The translations under genes were made by a program, and so were the position numbers. A stretch of 64,000 nt of DNA, taken from IMG/VR virus record IMGVR_UViG_2920693923_000001, positions 1 to 64,000 of that record; one strand, written 5' to 3'. Origin of the DNA: a virus. Its lineage: Duplodnaviria; Caudoviricetes. Positions 29,344 through 39,664 of the stretch are shown here, in pieces (the stretch's first letter is position 1; the number at the start of each line of letters is the position of its first letter). Below the pieces are notes generated by a model, which was not told the DNA's origin, searched no databases, and was given only the letters and a program-made list of their open reading frames with translations.

Positions 29344-29520
29344 TTATTCTCTCTTTGACCACTCTGACGTTAATGTATTTAATTTTTCATTTTTAATATA
29401 AACCCAAAACATTTTATGTGTTTCAGGATGTAACCCCACTAATTCATATCTAACTCCATGAGATGTTAAAAAATCTCGAAGTGGAATAGAGTAGCAAGGA
29501 AATAATTTTGATTGTTTCAT
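29344..29520 (-). CDS. Small intron-encoded protein (58 aa, DUF5659-like), not in the ORF track
   Basis: MKQSKLFPCYSIPLRDFLTSHGVRYELVGLHPETHKMFWVYIKNEKLNTLTSEWSKRE* with an AAGGA RBS. Confidence 0.65.
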   Translation of the reverse strand: MKQSKLFPCYSIPLRDFLTSHGVRYELVGLHPETHKMFWVYIKNEKLNTLTSEWSKRE

Positions 29521-29953
29521 TCCTTTTAATCCTCATTTGTTCGATAAACAAAATTCTTACATTTTCATATAAGACATGACTATTTCTTCATCTCCACCGT
29601 TATGTGCTGAGAGTGACCTTTTCGTTTAAAGGTATTTGACCAACGCCATTTGCGATTGCGTCCTACTTCTATTGATTTAGATATTCAGGATTTCCACCTT
29701 TATTTTATAATCATAAAAATATGATATTTCTAAATCCCGACATGGGAATAGTCGATGAGCGTTTACCCTCGTCTCAAGTACCGTATGGTCTACGGAATAC
29801 GTTAGGGTACTTCGTTGCATGAACAGCCAATCCTTACGTTTTTAAACCTTCATATAGTGGTTTCCCCTATATTGTGGTGTAAGGCTCTCAGGCATTACCT
29901 GCAATTAAATTCATTCTATTATATATATTTCTATATATACAGGTAATCACTTT

Positions 29954-32530
29954 ACCTGCGGTTATCAAGGCTACACTTTCGGCAAGATCGTTGCCTTGAG
30001 TTTTTAATACAGCAGCCGAATCTTTTAATGCCGTTGAAAGCTGATCGGTACTGATACTATACTCGTTACCGATTTTATCCAGGACATCAATAATTTCCAT
30101 TTTATCAAGATCTTTGTAAGCCTGTGACATCGCAACTAATGAGTCCGTTGCTTCGTCAATATTATCAAATTCTGATACATTTAATAAAACAGTTGCATCT
30201 TTGGCTGACTCTTTAGCATCATCTAATGATTCACCAAGACGCATCCACGTTGCGGTGGCATCTTGCATTGCAAGAGCAGTAGTACCAACCGAGTCAGCAG
30301 TAGAGAAACTTTCCTTTTGGAAATTTTTTAATGATTGTGCAGATTCATCAGATACTTTACGCATTTCTGTATATGCAGTATCTAGTTCCCTAATAGTAGA
30401 AGCAACTTGTTTAAAACCATTAATAATATCATTAAAACCGAAATACATTCCAATTTGTGCAGCAAAACCATAAAATGCTTTCTCTTTAATGACATCAAAC
30501 ATACTTCTGCCAGCACGACCAGCAAGTTCTTCAGCGTTAACAAGTTTCATTATTTCGCCATGTATTTTTTCCAAACTGACACTAGGATTCCCAGAAATAA
30601 GTTCTTGCTTATATGCTTTAATTTTAGCTTTTGCTTCTGAAGACATTGCTGAATTTTCACGAAGTATTTTATTGATTTTATCAATTTCTTTTTGTCCTGC
30701 TAATCGACTATATCCCTTTTCAGAAGCCGACATATTAGTAACAGTAGCGATAGTATCTTTGATTTTCTTTTCATACTCGTCTAAATTCTGAATATCCTCA
30801 TCAGTAGCGATACCATTTTGATTAGTCTTTATATTGTCGAGAAGAGTTGCGTACTGTTTGACAGCATCACGTACAGCCTGTACATTTTTTAAATATGTAT
30901 CACTTGTCCAACCACCATCATTAAATCTGTCAATAGTGGCTTGATATTTATCAATCTTACCGTTGTAAGAATCTAACCGTTTATCATACTTATTGAGGTT
31001 TGCATTGGCATTCTGTTCTTTAGCCTGTGTATTTTCCTTAACTTTCTGAGTATTCTGCTCTAATACATTATTCTCTTCTTTGATAGCATTGATAACACCA
31101 GAGGTATCAAAAGCGTCTGAGTCGCTTTTAAAATTGTTAATTGTATATCCATATTCTTCAAGAAGTTTGGATAATTGACGAACACGTCCATCAGCACCAG
31201 TTTCATCTATTCCATCTGTAGTCCATGATAAATGAAAATATTTGCCATTATGTAATGAATCAAGAATATTTTGTAACTCATTTGCATCTGTAAATATTTT
31301 TTTAATCTCTTCTTCAAGATTTTCAAGAGATTTCACACTTGAAGATGTATCAATGTCACTGTGAAATGCATCTTTCATTCCAGATGAAATATTCGTTTCA
31401 CTAGCAGGAGAAACAGTAGCAGGCGTGACATTCTTAATCTTCGCTAATTCAGTTTCAAGTTCCTTAACACGATTAGTAAGATCTATGACCTCCTGAATAG
31501 AAGTGTTTACATCAAGTCCATTCTTGAATACATTTGTAAAATTATTTGCAGATGTAGAAATTTCGTCAAGTTTATTAACAATAATTGTCAATTGACTAAT
31601 TACTTCTGAAAGATCAGTTTTGCCAAAAAGATTTTCTATCGAATTATTAGAAGTGCTTTCAGATTTGATTACATTATTCAAAGAACGCTGTGCACCAGAA
31701 ACTGCTGAATAATAAGATTTTTCTATATCAGAATATAAATAATCTTTACCAAACTGTTGTTTGGACATTTCTCTCATCTCAGTAATGAAATTCTTATATG
31801 CAGCAATTTTAGCATTCATGTTATCATATTGATTAATGTCGAAATTATCAAAGTAACCTTGCATATTAGAATCAAGAGTACCTGACATTTTTAGCCTGTT
31901 AAACAGATTCTCATAAGTATGTAACAATTTTGCAGTCCTTGACTGAACTTCGGCAGTTATTTTATCATCTGAGCCAAAATCTAAATTCATATTCAGATTT
32001 AAATTAGATGTTTTCTTAGCTAATTCAGAAATAGAAGAATCTACTCTGTTGATCATAGTTAAAAGAGGTGAGAACTCATCACCATCTCCAACATCAGATA
32101 TAACTTTCCGCATTGAACTAAGATGAGATTCCATTTTCTCGAATAAATTAATAACTGTCTTGAGTTGTTTTTCGTCAACTATTGAATTACCAATACCTTT
32201 TCCATTACCTAAACCAGTTCCAAACGCCTTACCAGAAGCAAGAGATTTAACAACCTCTACCAACTTATCCAAACTTTTAACAGTCTCATCTATTCCTTGA
32301 TCTTTTATCTGCACAACAAATTCTTGTGAAGATAATTGCTTTCTATATTTTTGAATCACCTTTTCGAATTCTGCTTGATTCTTTGAATTAGAAAAGTCAA
32401 AATACATTTCAAGTTTATTATTTTGTAACTCTTTTTGTCCTTCGGATAACCCTTTTAATATCTGAGCAAGCAAATCAGATTTATCCAGCACAATACTGGC
32501 GGTCATCGAAGCAGCTACATTATCTGGCAT
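29954..32530 (-). CDS. Tape measure protein, exon 1 (859 codons)
   Basis: TP901-type TMP core 'IRELDTAYTEMRKVSDES...WMRLG...IIDVLDKIGNEYSISTDQL...GNDLAESVALITAG'; the ORF runs 21 codons into the intron. Confidence 0.88.
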
Positions 32531-32542
32531 ATTAAATACCTC

Positions 32543-33091
32543 CTATCTTTTAACATATTTATTTACAGTGGATTCCCAATCTTTCTTGAAACGATCTCTC
32601 GTATAAGATTCAAGACTTTCGCCCTGATTGAAATATGGATTAGTCCACGAATTCTCACTTCTAATATTTCTATTTCCAAACAAAGGGTTAGGTCTTGACC
32701 AAGTCAAAGGTAATCCATGTATTCCCTGATTCCATTGTAGATCCAGTAAGAATGAGGCTGGATCAATTGAAGCACTATATTTGTTTTTCCATCTATATAT
32801 AGAACTATCATTTTGTGTAGATAATCTTTCAAATTGGTTCATATCGACATATGAAGTAAAATATATGATAGCTTTACCATTTTTCTGTACAAGCTTATGT
32901 GTGTAATCTAATGAGTTTACCATTGTACCTTGACTATCAATAAACCATTCCAAAGTAGACTTTTCTCGAATTTCTCTTTGTGCTTTATTGCCAGCAGAGA
33001 TATATCTATCCACGTATTTTTCTGTTAATCTATCTGCGAACTTTTTCAATTCTCTATCATTTATCTTTATGCCCGTAGCTCGAACAGCCAT
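32543..33091 (-). CDS. Hypothetical virion morphogenesis protein
   Basis: 182-aa ORF with a GGAGG RBS directly upstream of the TMP. Confidence 0.55.
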   Translation of the reverse strand: MAVRATGIKINDRELKKFADRLTEKYVDRYISAGNKAQREIREKSTLEWFIDSQGTMVNSLDYTHKLVQKNGKAIIYFTSYVDMNQFERLSTQNDSSIYRWKNKYSASIDPASFLLDLQWNQGIHGLPLTWSRPNPLFGNRNIRSENSWTNPYFNQGESLESYTRDRFKKDWESTVNKYVKR

Positions 33092-33259
33092 TTTGTATCA
33101 CCTCCGTTTTGGAACATTAAAATAGGAGAGTAGCAATATTACTCTCCGTAAGAAAAGCCCTATACGCTGTGACACGAATAGAGCCTGTTTATTTTATTTA
33201 TTATATATGATATAATTATTACACCTGTGGTAAATATAGGTAGATAAGGAATTACTGTA

Positions 33260-33346
33260 ATGGAAACCGCTTGTTCAGTCGTTTCTGCTTGTGTTGCAGT
33301 CTTAGGGCTTGTATATACAGTATACAGAGACAATAAAAAGAAATAA
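33260..33346 (+). CDS. Small hydrophobic peptide, type I toxin-like (28 aa)
   Basis: METACSVVSACVAVLGLVYTVYRDNKKK*: one TM helix with a basic tail, AAGGA RBS, upstream TGATATAAT, antisense to the late operon. Confidence 0.55.
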   Translation: METACSVVSACVAVLGLVYTVYRDNKKK

Positions 33347-33513
33347 TATAACCTATTATTTTAAGTAACACAGATGCGAGTATCTACTTGATAAGGTTGA
33401 TGTGATAGAACGGTAGAAGACCAGTCACCTTCTGCTACACAAAACTATAATAACAAAACCTATATTTACATAGTTCTTGAGGGACAACCTAACCAAGTAG
33501 AGAAAGTATTTGC

Positions 33514-33693
33514 TTGACAAGATGATTATAAATGTTATAATCAACAATAGAACAAGCAAATAATAAAATCCATTACATGTACTAATCCATATCTTCATTG
33601 CAATCTGACTAATTGTAGCCGAAGACTAAGAAGTACACTAGGAGGCAGGAGATAGCATCATATTATTCGTAATGTGGTGCTATCTCTCGTTTT
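33514..33693 (+). ncRNA. Promoter- and terminator-bounded small RNA, candidate antitoxin
   Basis: TTGACA-16 nt-TATAAT with TG extension (33514-33541), terminator gagatagcatca/tggtgctatctc (~33649-33686), no obvious ORF between them. Confidence 0.5.
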
Positions 33694-33712
33694 AATAAGA
33701 AATTTGAATTTC

Positions 33713-34105
33713 CTATACACCTTTCAGGATGTAAATATATTCATTGTTGTGATAATCTTCGTTTGCTGAGTAATTTTCAAATTCAAAATTATGATATATT
33801 GATTCACATTCGATTTCATTTTGTGTATTTCTTGGATCAATTCTAAGTTCATGTGTTCTAACAGTCTTTATTTTATTGCCTGAAATCATACAGTCATATA
33901 ATAGAGGACTAAATGACAGTAAATGGATTACCATATTACTATTGGAAGTGTAAGAGACAGACTGAATTAAAGCTCCGTCAAGTTTGATCGTAACATCGTT
34001 ATCTAAGATGAAATCTACAGAAGTGTATTTATCAAAAATTAAGGAATCATATTTTTTATCATTTCCAATAATTTTAAATTCTCCAAGATGATTTAAATTA
34101 TTCAT
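33713..34105 (-). CDS. Hypothetical protein
   Basis: Probable start MNNLN after a GAGG RBS; part of ORF 33713..34156. Confidence 0.55.
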   Translation of the reverse strand: MNNLNHLGEFKIIGNDKKYDSLIFDKYTSVDFILDNDVTIKLDGALIQSVSYTSNSNMVIHLLSFSPLLYDCMISGNKIKTVRTHELRIDPRNTQNEIECESIYHNFEFENYSANEDYHNNEYIYILKGV

Positions 34106-34109
34106 ATTC

Positions 34110-34742
34110 TTATACCTCTTTAAAATTTGCGGTACTACTAAGTTTATAATCATCAAGAATCTTTCTCAACTCATCATTGGATAAACTATCAATTTTCTTA
34201 TTCACAACTTCGACAAGCGGTGTGAGAGTAGCATTCGTCAAATCGGAAATCCTTCCAATCTGTTTGCTAATAAACGCCTGAGCTGTTGTCTCATTGAACT
34301 GAGTGTCTGACTGCTTCATTGTTAAAATGGTCTTAAATTCACTCAGTTCGCTCATAGGAATAAGTGGATCAGCTTTATCAGAACCAACCATTAAAATATC
34401 AAGTAAGCCAGATGATTTAAGTGCATCATATCCCTTGATAAATCCTCTATCGTCCTCGTCAATCTCAAGATCTGTATATAATTCAATTACGGCACGACAA
34501 AACTGTACATACTGAGCAACAGAATTTACTCTAATCTTATCTGTTTTACGATACTTTGCTACTCCGTTATCATCATAAGCTTCCTGCTCAAATGTTGTCT
34601 TATTTACAATTAACTGTGCGTAAGCATCTTTCTTAATGATTGAAACATATGGGGTGATTTTAACCTTTTCCTTAATAAATCTGTCTTTTAACTGCTGATT
34701 TGCCATGTTATTGTATCTCTCTACAAATTCTAAAATTTTCAT
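34110..34742 (-). CDS. Hypothetical protein, possible tail assembly chaperone
   Basis: 210-aa ORF with an AAGGAG RBS upstream of the TMP; function inferred from position only. Confidence 0.45.
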   Translation of the reverse strand: MKILEFVERYNNMANQQLKDRFIKEKVKITPYVSIIKKDAYAQLIVNKTTFEQEAYDDNGVAKYRKTDKIRVNSVAQYVQFCRAVIELYTDLEIDEDDRGFIKGYDALKSSGLLDILMVGSDKADPLIPMSELSEFKTILTMKQSDTQFNETTAQAFISKQIGRISDLTNATLTPLVEVVNKKIDSLSNDELRKILDDYKLSSTANFKEV

Positions 34743-34757
34743 ATTCTTTTTTCTCCT

Positions 34758-35219
34758 TTAGTTCTTATTTTTCTTTGCTTCTCTACGAAGTTTTTTCAAC
34801 TGATCGTATTCAATCCAGCCACCATATTTAAGATTTCTACATATGAATGTAAGATTTAGTTCTGGATATCTCAACCAAAATAATTTTCTTTTCAATAAGC
34901 TAAGATTATCTGGATTACCTTTTACATCAAAAACTTGTACAGTCCCATCAGACCATGTTATATTGAAATCACTTCTATATTTTATTGGTAAAATTGTTTT
35001 ATCTTTGTACTTAAATTTATCTTGAAGAACATATTCTACTTGTCGTTCATATGATAAAATTTCACCTGATTCTAGTTTCGGCTCTATAAACTCTTGAAGA
35101 AATTTAAGTTCTGTTAAACTATCATAGGTTGTTCCTTTATATGTTCTCTTTTTCTTTCCTTCTTCTGTAATATCTACATGATATTTAGAAGTTTTTCGTT
35201 TATTTGCTATAAAATTCAT
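34758..35219 (-). CDS. DUF1064-family PD-(D/E)XK nuclease
   Basis: 'SKYH...TYDSLTE...YERQVEYVLQ...IKYRSDF...VFDVKG...LKRKLF'. Confidence 0.75.
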   Translation of the reverse strand: MNFIANKRKTSKYHVDITEEGKKKRTYKGTTYDSLTELKFLQEFIEPKLESGEILSYERQVEYVLQDKFKYKDKTILPIKYRSDFNITWSDGTVQVFDVKGNPDNLSLLKRKLFWLRYPELNLTFICRNLKYGGWIEYDQLKKLRREAKKNKN

Positions 35220-35371
35220 TCCTTTCTGTTTAAGAGCAGGAGAGGTCTAGTCATCCTCTCCAAATATAAAAATGCCCTTACCACATGACTAGCGAGTGGT
35301 AAAGACACTTGCATAACAAAAGAGCAGCTTCCGAAGAAACCGCTCTTTCTAAAACATATTTGTTTAATTTT

Positions 35372-35548
35372 TTACATCGCTAATTGCATAGGATATAATT
35401 CCCACTTACCATTAGGATATTTAGTTACATTATCCATGACAACCTTATGTACTTCTTCTAAACTTCCCACATTTTCATCAACATGAATCACTTTACCACC
35501 CAAAATTGAAATCTCCTCACAGATTACATTAAAGTAACATCTTTCCAT
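35372..35548 (-). CDS. Small hypothetical protein (58 aa), not in the ORF track
   Basis: MERCYFNVICEE...YPMQLAM* with a GGAGGA RBS right after the HTH gene. Confidence 0.6.
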   Translation of the reverse strand: MERCYFNVICEEISILGGKVIHVDENVGSLEEVHKVVMDNVTKYPNGKWELYPMQLAM

Positions 35549-35560
35549 ACTTATTCCTCC

Positions 35561-35758
35561 TCATTTAGATATACAAAATAACTCGTATATATCAACTTTA
35601 AGAACACGAGATAATGTGATTGCATTAGTAAGAAGTATATCACTTGTATTATCATTTTCTATTTTGTTAATAGCTGCAACCGATAAACCGGTAAGTCTTG
35701 ATAGCTCTTGTAATGTGAATCCTCTTTGATTCCTGTAATACCACACTTTGTTCTTCAT
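35561..35758 (-). CDS. XRE-family helix-turn-helix regulator
   Basis: 'YRNQRGFTLQELSRLTGLSVAAINKIEN...LSRVLKVDIYELF'. Confidence 0.85.
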   Translation of the reverse strand: MKNKVWYYRNQRGFTLQELSRLTGLSVAAINKIENDNTSDILLTNAITLSRVLKVDIYELFCISK

Positions 35759-35834
35759 AATGTTAATATGTACAAATGTATTTTATTTATGTACTATATT
35801 ATAATATGAGTAATTTTTACTGTGGCAGAAATAT

Positions 35835-36308
35835 TTAATCATCCTTAATTGGCAAACTTAATACTTCTGGTTTCAATTTTTCGTGGTAAATATCATCGCC
35901 CCCAGCGGCTTCGTAAATTTTCCCTAACTCCGTAAAAGTTTTTAATCCAGAATTGTCAACATAACCTTTTTCAGAAAATTTAGCATGTAATCCATATAAC
36001 TGATTTCTTAATGTCGCAACTGTACGCTCTTTATCAGCTCTTTCTTTTTCAGTTAATTGACATTTTATATCATCTATACCCTTTGACATTTTAGATATTT
36101 CTTTGTATTGCCAATTGTCATGTTTCTCCAAAGTCATAAGTCGGTTCTTAATATTTTCTTTGTCCTGATCAGAGCCAGTTTTAATTCGTCCCTTTTCCTT
36201 AAAGTAGGAGATTAGATCAATTATTTCTTTGGTAGCAAATAAAAGTAAGAAAACTGCTAGGATAACACTTATATAATTTTGATTAAATACTGCTTCTATA
36301 TATTTCAT
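35835..36308 (-). CDS. Holin-like / lysis-associated membrane protein
   Basis: N-terminal TM helix and 'IYEAAGGD' C-terminus, adjacent to the endolysin. Confidence 0.55.
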   Translation of the reverse strand: MKYIEAVFNQNYISVILAVFLLLFATKEIIDLISYFKEKGRIKTGSDQDKENIKNRLMTLEKHDNWQYKEISKMSKGIDDIKCQLTEKERADKERTVATLRNQLYGLHAKFSEKGYVDNSGLKTFTELGKIYEAAGGDDIYHEKLKPEVLSLPIKDD

Positions 36309-36321
36309 TCAAGCCACCTTT

Positions 36322-37302
36322 CTAAGAACATAAGTCCTTGAAAGTTTTCTTAACAGCTTTCGATGTTCCACAAGCTTTCTTTAATCCTTGACCAAACACA
36401 CCAGGATATTCGATACCCTTGGGGTCTTTTCCTTTGAGTGCACATAATATCTCAAGTGCGGTTACTAACCACTGCCTTTCACCTACTTTAACATAGTGTG
36501 ATCCAAAAGCTTTGTCTGTAGCAGAACCCCAAATTCCGTCAACTGACAGTTTTGCTCCATAATCCTTATTTAAAGCGGTCTGAACAACTTTAATGGCAGC
36601 TTTCTTTGTTTTATTTCCCCAGATACCATCAGCAACAATGTTACAACCTACAAACTTATTAGCTGCTTTTTGCCCATTTGCCACGATCTTCTTTTTTGCA
36701 TGATTAGATGTAGAAGTAGAAGATGGGGTTGTCGTAGATGCCGATGGTGTTTTTGAAGTAGTATTGGAAGATAATTTATTATAAAACTCTGTTTTCCATA
36801 AATTATTTTTTGTTTCATTTCCACACCAATATGCCGGACACGCTTTGCCTGTACGGTCGAAATGTCTCAGAACATGGTCTTGTGGGATATGATACTTTTT
36901 CATTAATTTTTTCGTAAGTTCAATAGCATTGTTGATAGTAGCTTTTGATGGATAAATAGTTCCATCTCTTTTTGTATCACACAATTCAATACTAATACTA
37001 TTGCTGTTAGTACAAAGAGTATAATATTTTCCTCCACCAGTTATATTACAGTTGCTATATCTTGTACCACCAACAGACCATGCAACATAATTATCTGGGA
37101 CTGATTGTGTTACAGAATCATCATCAACAAAATAATGTGCAGATGCCTCCACATAATTATTAGAAAAATATCTGGAATTCGATTCATCAGAATCTCCATC
37201 ATTACCTGTGTAATGTATGAAAATATATTTAATTGCAGATGTACTTCTTTTTGCTCCGTAATTTCTTTTATTAGCTAAATTCTTTTTCATTTTGTAGGAC
37301 AT
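36322..37302 (-). CDS. Endolysin, N-acetylmuramoyl-L-alanine amidase (Amidase_2) with peptidoglycan-binding repeats
   Basis: 'IFIHYTGN...ASAHYFVD...AWSVG...SISIELC...RHFDRTGKACP' plus two 'DGIWG..T' repeats. Confidence 0.92.
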   Translation of the reverse strand: MSYKMKKNLANKRNYGAKRSTSAIKYIFIHYTGNDGDSDESNSRYFSNNYVEASAHYFVDDDSVTQSVPDNYVAWSVGGTRYSNCNITGGGKYYTLCTNSNSISIELCDTKRDGTIYPSKATINNAIELTKKLMKKYHIPQDHVLRHFDRTGKACPAYWCGNETKNNLWKTEFYNKLSSNTTSKTPSASTTTPSSTSTSNHAKKKIVANGQKAANKFVGCNIVADGIWGNKTKKAAIKVVQTALNKDYGAKLSVDGIWGSATDKAFGSHYVKVGERQWLVTALEILCALKGKDPKGIEYPGVFGQGLKKACGTSKAVKKTFKDLCS

Positions 37303-37313
37303 TAAATCACCTC

Positions 37314-37697
37314 CTACTTGTTCTTTAAGTCAAATAAACTGGATTCAATTAAAGAATCTAAATATTCGTCAAAATCTGCATTTGCCGCTTTAAGGCATTC
37401 AAAAGCAGAAGTCGATAACGCAAAAATAATCTTACTCTTTGCAATCTGACGAACTTCTTCTTTTTTATCCTCCGTCCATGCATCAGTACCCTTAACTCCC
37501 TTAACTTCTGTTTCATATACATCTTTAACTACAGATAAAACATTTTTCTGTAGAATTTCGGTATATTTATCAATCTTTTTTGCCTCTGTATACTTCTTAA
37601 TTTCGTTTCCAATATAAGTCAGTACAGGAAGTAATATAACTGTCCAAATTGTCACAATTACCTCGTCCCAATTTAATGAATTTAATAATTCTTTCAT
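37314..37697 (-). CDS. Holin-like protein
   Basis: Probable start MKELL at 37697 after AAAGGAG; one N-terminal TM helix; immediately upstream of the endolysin. Confidence 0.6.
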   Translation of the reverse strand: MKELLNSLNWDEVIVTIWTVILLPVLTYIGNEIKKYTEAKKIDKYTEILQKNVLSVVKDVYETEVKGVKGTDAWTEDKKEEVRQIAKSKIIFALSTSAFECLKAANADFDEYLDSLIESSLFDLKNK

Positions 37698-37750
37698 AAT
37701 TCTTTCTCCTTTCCAAACAAAAAAGAACGGGTTTACCGTTCTCGTCATAG

Positions 37751-38857
37751 TTACTTATTTAATTGTCTTAATATCTCAACACATCGTTGTAGATTACTGC
37801 ATAAATAATCTAATTCGTCATTTGTTTCGTATCCACTAAATGTCATACGAATACCGTTATGTATTAATTTTTCATCCACTCCAATTGCTGTAAGGGTAGA
37901 AGATGGAGTTAAATCACCTGATGTACATGCAGAGCCAGTTGATACTTGTATATCTGCCATGTCTAATAATATCATTAATGACTCACCCTCAATGCCTTCG
38001 AAACAGACATATAAATTGTGTGGTAAACGATCTTTAATATTTGTACCAATAATATGTGAGTCTTCTATATTATTAATAATAAAATCATAAACATAATCTC
38101 TACTATCAGATGTAACAGAAGAGTAGTTATAATTCTCAACTGCTTTCCCCAGTGCGGCAATACCTATTAAATTTTCAGTTCCACTAAATAATCCATGTTC
38201 TTGTGAGCCATATATAAGCGGTTCTAATTCAATTGATGATTTCTTGTATAGAACACCAGTACCTTTTAATGCTCCAAGTTTATGTGCAGAGAATCCTAAA
38301 CCATCAACATTCAGTTTCTTTACGTCAACAGGAATTTGACTGATAGATCCTGTACAATCAACATAAACAATAGCATTGTAAAAGTGGCATATATTAATAA
38401 CCTGTTGTATATCCTGAATTGTCCCTATCTCAGAATTGGCGTATTCTATAACAACAAGTTTTTTCATAGGGTTCATAGACAAACACTCTTTGAGATCTTG
38501 AAAATCAATTTTTCCTGTGTAGTCAACTTTAAGTGGGCATTTATATTTCAATGATTCCACACATTTCAGGACTGACTTATGAGATGTAGGCGAGTATAAA
38601 ACCATGCAATGATGTTTATTTGTATAACCTTTAATAAATAACGTGTTATTGGCTGAACCGCCTGATGTAAATATAATATCTTTAGAATCTGCATTGATGA
38701 ATTTTGCAACATTATTTCTTGCAGTAGTAATAATTTTCTTTGCTTCAACACCCGATTGGTACATTGACGATGGATTCTGATATGTATCCAAAAGAGATAC
38801 CATATAATCTTTAACTTGTGGTAACAATGGGGTAGTAGCTGCGTAGTCAAGATACAT
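37751..38857 (-). CDS. iscS: Cysteine desulfurase (IscS/NifS family)
   Basis: 'YLDYAATTP', 'FTSGGS', PLP lysine motif 'FSAHKLG' and catalytic 'STGSACTSG'. Confidence 0.9.
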   Translation of the reverse strand: MYLDYAATTPLLPQVKDYMVSLLDTYQNPSSMYQSGVEAKKIITTARNNVAKFINADSKDIIFTSGGSANNTLFIKGYTNKHHCMVLYSPTSHKSVLKCVESLKYKCPLKVDYTGKIDFQDLKECLSMNPMKKLVVIEYANSEIGTIQDIQQVINICHFYNAIVYVDCTGSISQIPVDVKKLNVDGLGFSAHKLGALKGTGVLYKKSSIELEPLIYGSQEHGLFSGTENLIGIAALGKAVENYNYSSVTSDSRDYVYDFIINNIEDSHIIGTNIKDRLPHNLYVCFEGIEGESLMILLDMADIQVSTGSACTSGDLTPSSTLTAIGVDEKLIHNGIRMTFSGYETNDELDYLCSNLQRCVEILRQLNK

Positions 38858-38869
38858 ACAATCACCTAC

Positions 38870-39091
38870 CTAATCTAACTCATAATTACACCACTTTTTA
38901 TACACTTCAGTCGTGTCTGCTTTAAGAAATACCATTGCCAAAATTACATTATTTGTTTTATCATCTATACTCGTATACATATCAACTGGATATACATTAT
39001 TTTTAATATATAGTAGATACTGTTTAGGGTTGACAATCCTAACTGCTTCATGTGGAGAATAATCTCTTGTTTTTAAATTCGTTTCTATCAT
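38870..39091 (-). CDS. Hypothetical protein
   Basis: 73-aa ORF in the operon with an RBS. Confidence 0.6.
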   Translation of the reverse strand: MIETNLKTRDYSPHEAVRIVNPKQYLLYIKNNVYPVDMYTSIDDKTNNVILAMVFLKADTTEVYKKWCNYELD

Positions 39092-39200
39092 TTCCCTTTC
39101 ATTCCTTTATCTGTATTACCGTAAAAAAATGGGAATACAACATTTGAATAGTAATGTTATATTCCCATCAGAATTTTCTAAAATCACTATTCAAATTGCA

Positions 39201-39590
39201 TCACCCTTTCTTCTTAGGCGAATACTTAATCTTTTCATACTTATTTATATTTTCCTTGGTTAAATTATTAGTTGTATCTGTTGGAATAGAATCCTGTATA
39301 GTGTCATTTTCAATTTTGTCTGATATTGAGTTTGCTCTTATATCAGCGATAACGTTCTGATAACTTCCACCAAAATTATTTAGTCCAGATAAATCAAGTT
39401 TATCTAATCTATTTTTTGCTTTATTTGCTGTAAGTTTGTGATTTGCATAAGAAGACGTTATAAGATAAATATCATGACAATTTTCACTACAGAATGTGAA
39501 CATCCAAGTAGGCTTATCCTTATCTTTTCCACAGACGGGACAATACTCATATGACTTATAACAAACAGCACATATCTTTTCCTTACTCAA
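39201..39590 (-). CDS. Hypothetical Zn-finger protein
   Basis: CAVC...CPVC...FCSENC motif. Confidence 0.6.
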   Translation of the reverse strand: MSKEKICAVCYKSYEYCPVCGKDKDKPTWMFTFCSENCHDIYLITSSYANHKLTANKAKNRLDKLDLSGLNNFGGSYQNVIADIRANSISDKIENDTIQDSIPTDTTNNLTKENINKYEKIKYSPKKKG

Positions 39591-39664
39591 GGTAATCCTC
39601 CTTTAAAAAGAAGAGTGATAGTATAAGGACTACCACTCTTATAATTGATTAGGTTGATATCAGA

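Larger units (their letters stand above)
28244..29953 (-). mobile_element. Group I intron 1 in the TMP gene (1710 nt)
   Basis: P 'aauugcagguaa', Q 'uucaugcaacg', R 'cucaucgacua' (29759-29749), S 'aagaaauaguca' (29588-29577), terminal hairpin uacucgau/aucgagua and terminal G at 28244; removal gives in-frame LITAG|NAITQD. Confidence 0.88.

Noticed and set aside
16677-32530. TMP fragments as a pseudogene or assembly error
   Set aside because: All three pieces are intact and join in frame at boundaries marked by group I intron elements
34110-34135. A-AAT-TTT slippery heptamer at the end of the putative tail chaperone, suggesting a gpG/gpGT -1 frameshift
   Set aside because: The -1 frame hits TAA immediately; the downstream ORF is in the +1 frame and has its own RBS
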